From an uncultured Acidobacteriota bacterium (GTDB lineage Bacteria > Acidobacteriota > Thermoanaerobaculia > UBA5066 > DATFVB01), in NCBI GenBank assembly GCA_963813155.1, contig CAWEYG010000001.1, positions 79,058-143,057 of the forward strand: DNA of 64,000 bases. The letters are read 5' to 3'. This document shows positions 62,288 to 64,000 of the stretch, in pieces. The notes beneath the pieces are model-generated. The model did not search any database. It had not been told where the DNA came from and saw only the letters and a program-made list of their open reading frames with translations. Every line of letters starts with the position of its first letter. The stretch's first letter is position 1. The position numbers were made by a program, and so were the translations under genes.

Positions 62288-63700
62288 ATGCTCTATCCGT
62301 CGAAAGGAGATCTCGTGACGATCGGCCCCGACGCCTCACGCAAGCGCTGGATCCTCGCGGCGACGATCCTCGGCTCGACGATGGCGTTCCTGGACGGGAC
62401 CGTCGTCAACGTCGCGCTCCCCGTCATTCAGCGAAAACTCCACGCACCCCTGTCCCGCGTTCAGTGGGTCGTCGAGGCGTATCTGCTCTTCATTTCCGCG
62501 CTGCTGCTCCTGGGGGGCTCGCTCGGCGACCGGTTCGGGCGAAAGCGCGTCTTCGTCGCGGGCACCGCGATCTTCGCTTTTGCCTCCGCCGCCTGCGGCG
62601 CAGCGCCCTCGACCGGAGCGCTGATCGCTGCAAGGGCGATTCAGGGGATCGGCGGGGCGCTCCTCGTTCCAGGCAGCCTCGCGCTCATCACGGCAAACTT
62701 TCCCCCGGGAGAGCGCGGGCGCGCGATCGGGACCTGGTCGGGAGCGACGGCGCTCACGACCGCGCTCGGGCCGCTCGCGGGAGGATTTCTTGTCGACGCG
62801 GTCTCGTGGCGCGCGATTTTCTACCTGAACGTTCCCATCGCCGCCGGGGTGATCGGGATCACGCTCCTTCGCGTTCCCGAGAGCCGGGACCCGGATTGCA
62901 AGCCGCTCGACCTCGCGGGCGCGGCCCTCGCGGCCGGCTCGCTGGCGGGAATCACCTTCGGCCTGACCGAGGCGTCGCGCGGCCCGTTCGGCTCGCCGGC
63001 CGTGCTCGTTCCCCTTCTCGCCGGCCTTCTCCTGGGCGCCCTGTTCGTCGTCCATGAATCGAGGAGCCGCCATCCCATGCTCCCCCTTGCGCTTTTTCGG
63101 TCGCGAGCGTTCACCGCGACGAATGCCGTCACCCTCTTCCTCTACGGATCGGTCGGCGCGATGTTCTTCTTCCTTCCCTTCGAGCTGATCCAGGCCCGTC
63201 GGTACACCCCCACTCAGGCCGGAGCAGCGCTGCTGCCGTTGATCGCCGTGATCTCGACCCTGTCCCGCTGGACGGGAAAGCTCGGCGAGCGCGTCGGCCC
63301 CCGCCTGCCCCTGACTGCCGGACCGCTGCTCTCCGCCGCGGGCCTCCTTCTGTTTCTGATTCTCCCGCCGGGCTCCTACTGGACATCCGTGTTCCTGCCG
63401 ATTCTCGTCGTCGGCTTCGGGATGGCGCTCGCCGTACCCCCGCTGACGACGACGGTCATGAGCTCCGAGAAGGAAAAATACGCGGGCATCGTGTCCGCCT
63501 TCAACAACACGGTCTCGAGGATCGGGAGCCTCTTCGCGATCGCGGGGCTCGCGATCGCGGTCGCCGCAACGAGCGGCGCGTTCGCCTCGCCCGTCTCGGC
63601 GGCATTCCGAATCGCGATGGGAGGCTCGGTCACGCTCGCGATCGCGGCGGCGGTCATCGCGGCACTGTTCCTGCGACCCACGGGCTCCATCAGCCGGTAA
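62288..63700 (+). CDS. MFS transporter, DHA2 (EmrB/QacA-like, 14 TM) family
   Basis: 470 aa. Motif A GGSLGDRFGRKRVF. 14 predicted TM helices. Confidence 0.85.
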   Translation: MLYPSKGDLVTIGPDASRKRWILAATILGSTMAFLDGTVVNVALPVIQRKLHAPLSRVQWVVEAYLLFISALLLLGGSLGDRFGRKRVFVAGTAIFAFASAACGAAPSTGALIAARAIQGIGGALLVPGSLALITANFPPGERGRAIGTWSGATALTTALGPLAGGFLVDAVSWRAIFYLNVPIAAGVIGITLLRVPESRDPDCKPLDLAGAALAAGSLAGITFGLTEASRGPFGSPAVLVPLLAGLLLGALFVVHESRSRHPMLPLALFRSRAFTATNAVTLFLYGSVGAMFFFLPFELIQARRYTPTQAGAALLPLIAVISTLSRWTGKLGERVGPRLPLTAGPLLSAAGLLLFLILPPGSYWTSVFLPILVVGFGMALAVPPLTTTVMSSEKEKYAGIVSAFNNTVSRIGSLFAIAGLAIAVAATSGAFASPVSAAFRIAMGGSVTLAIAAAVIAALFLRPTGSISR

Positions 63701-63701
63701 C

Positions 63702-63828
63702 CGCGCCCGAGCGGGTCCTGTCACGGGACTCGATCCACTTTTCCGCTCGCTGCGATTTTTGGACTTTGCTACGTCTCCGCGCCGCGAGCGGCAAAAGGGA
63801 TCTCCTCCCGGGCCACCCGCTCGGGCGA
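63702..63828 (-). repeat. palindromic intergenic repeat, copy 3 of 3 (inverted orientation)
   Basis: Reverse complement matches copies 1 and 2, including the GCGAGCGGCAAAAGGGATCTCCTCCCGGGCCACCCGCTCGGGCG arm. Confidence 0.8.
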
Positions 63829-63861
63829 ACTCCACCGACTCACGTTTGGTAGGATTGAGGC

Positions 63862-64000
63862 ATGATGGTCATTCGGAAACGCCACGAAACCGTCGGGGTG
63901 AAGGTTGGCCGCGTGCTGGTCGGCGGTGGCGCGCCAGTCGTCGTTCAGTCGATGACGAACACCGACACGGCCGACGCGCCCGGGACGGCGCGGCAGTGCG
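63862..64000 (+). CDS. ispG: 4-hydroxy-3-methylbut-2-en-1-yl diphosphate synthase IspG, 5' part (runs off window)
   Basis: [38 protein letters not shown], conserved IspG N-terminus. RBS AGGATTGAGG. Confidence 0.8.
   Translation, partial: MMVIRKRHETVGVKVGRVLVGGGAPVVVQSMTNTDTADAPGTARQC

Overview
This is a high-GC (about 68-70%) chromosomal segment from a Gram-negative bacterium, inferred from OmpA, TonB, DegP, lipobox lipoproteins and sigma54 activators. It cannot be placed phylogenetically from sequence alone. The gene content is mostly housekeeping. It includes smc, mutL, ppdK, glyQS, recO, and the conserved rimP-nusA-infB-DUF503-rbfA-truB-rpsO-pnp cluster, plus msrA, cysK and ispG. Signalling genes are unusually dense: three sigma54-activator-type regulators, several histidine kinases, a tandem-REC/PAS hybrid kinase, and an ECF sigma/anti-sigma pair. 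Accessory-looking content includes a giant cyclic beta-1,2-glucan synthase-like gene (about 2,850 aa), a YefM/YoeB toxin-antitoxin pair, orphan secreted proteins, and tandem DUF4398 lipoprotein/OmpA genes. The main non-genic signals are a 125-135 bp palindromic intergenic repeat present in three copies, several strong sigma54 -24/-12 promoter motifs, and an ECF-type promoter. There is also a promoter plus terminator-like hairpin at the rimP start and twin palindromic operators upstream of yefM. At least seven genes, including the essential infB twice, carry 1-nt frameshifts at short G/C runs, which points to homopolymer indel errors in the assembly rather than biology. No CRISPR array, transposase, integrase or recognizable defense island was found.
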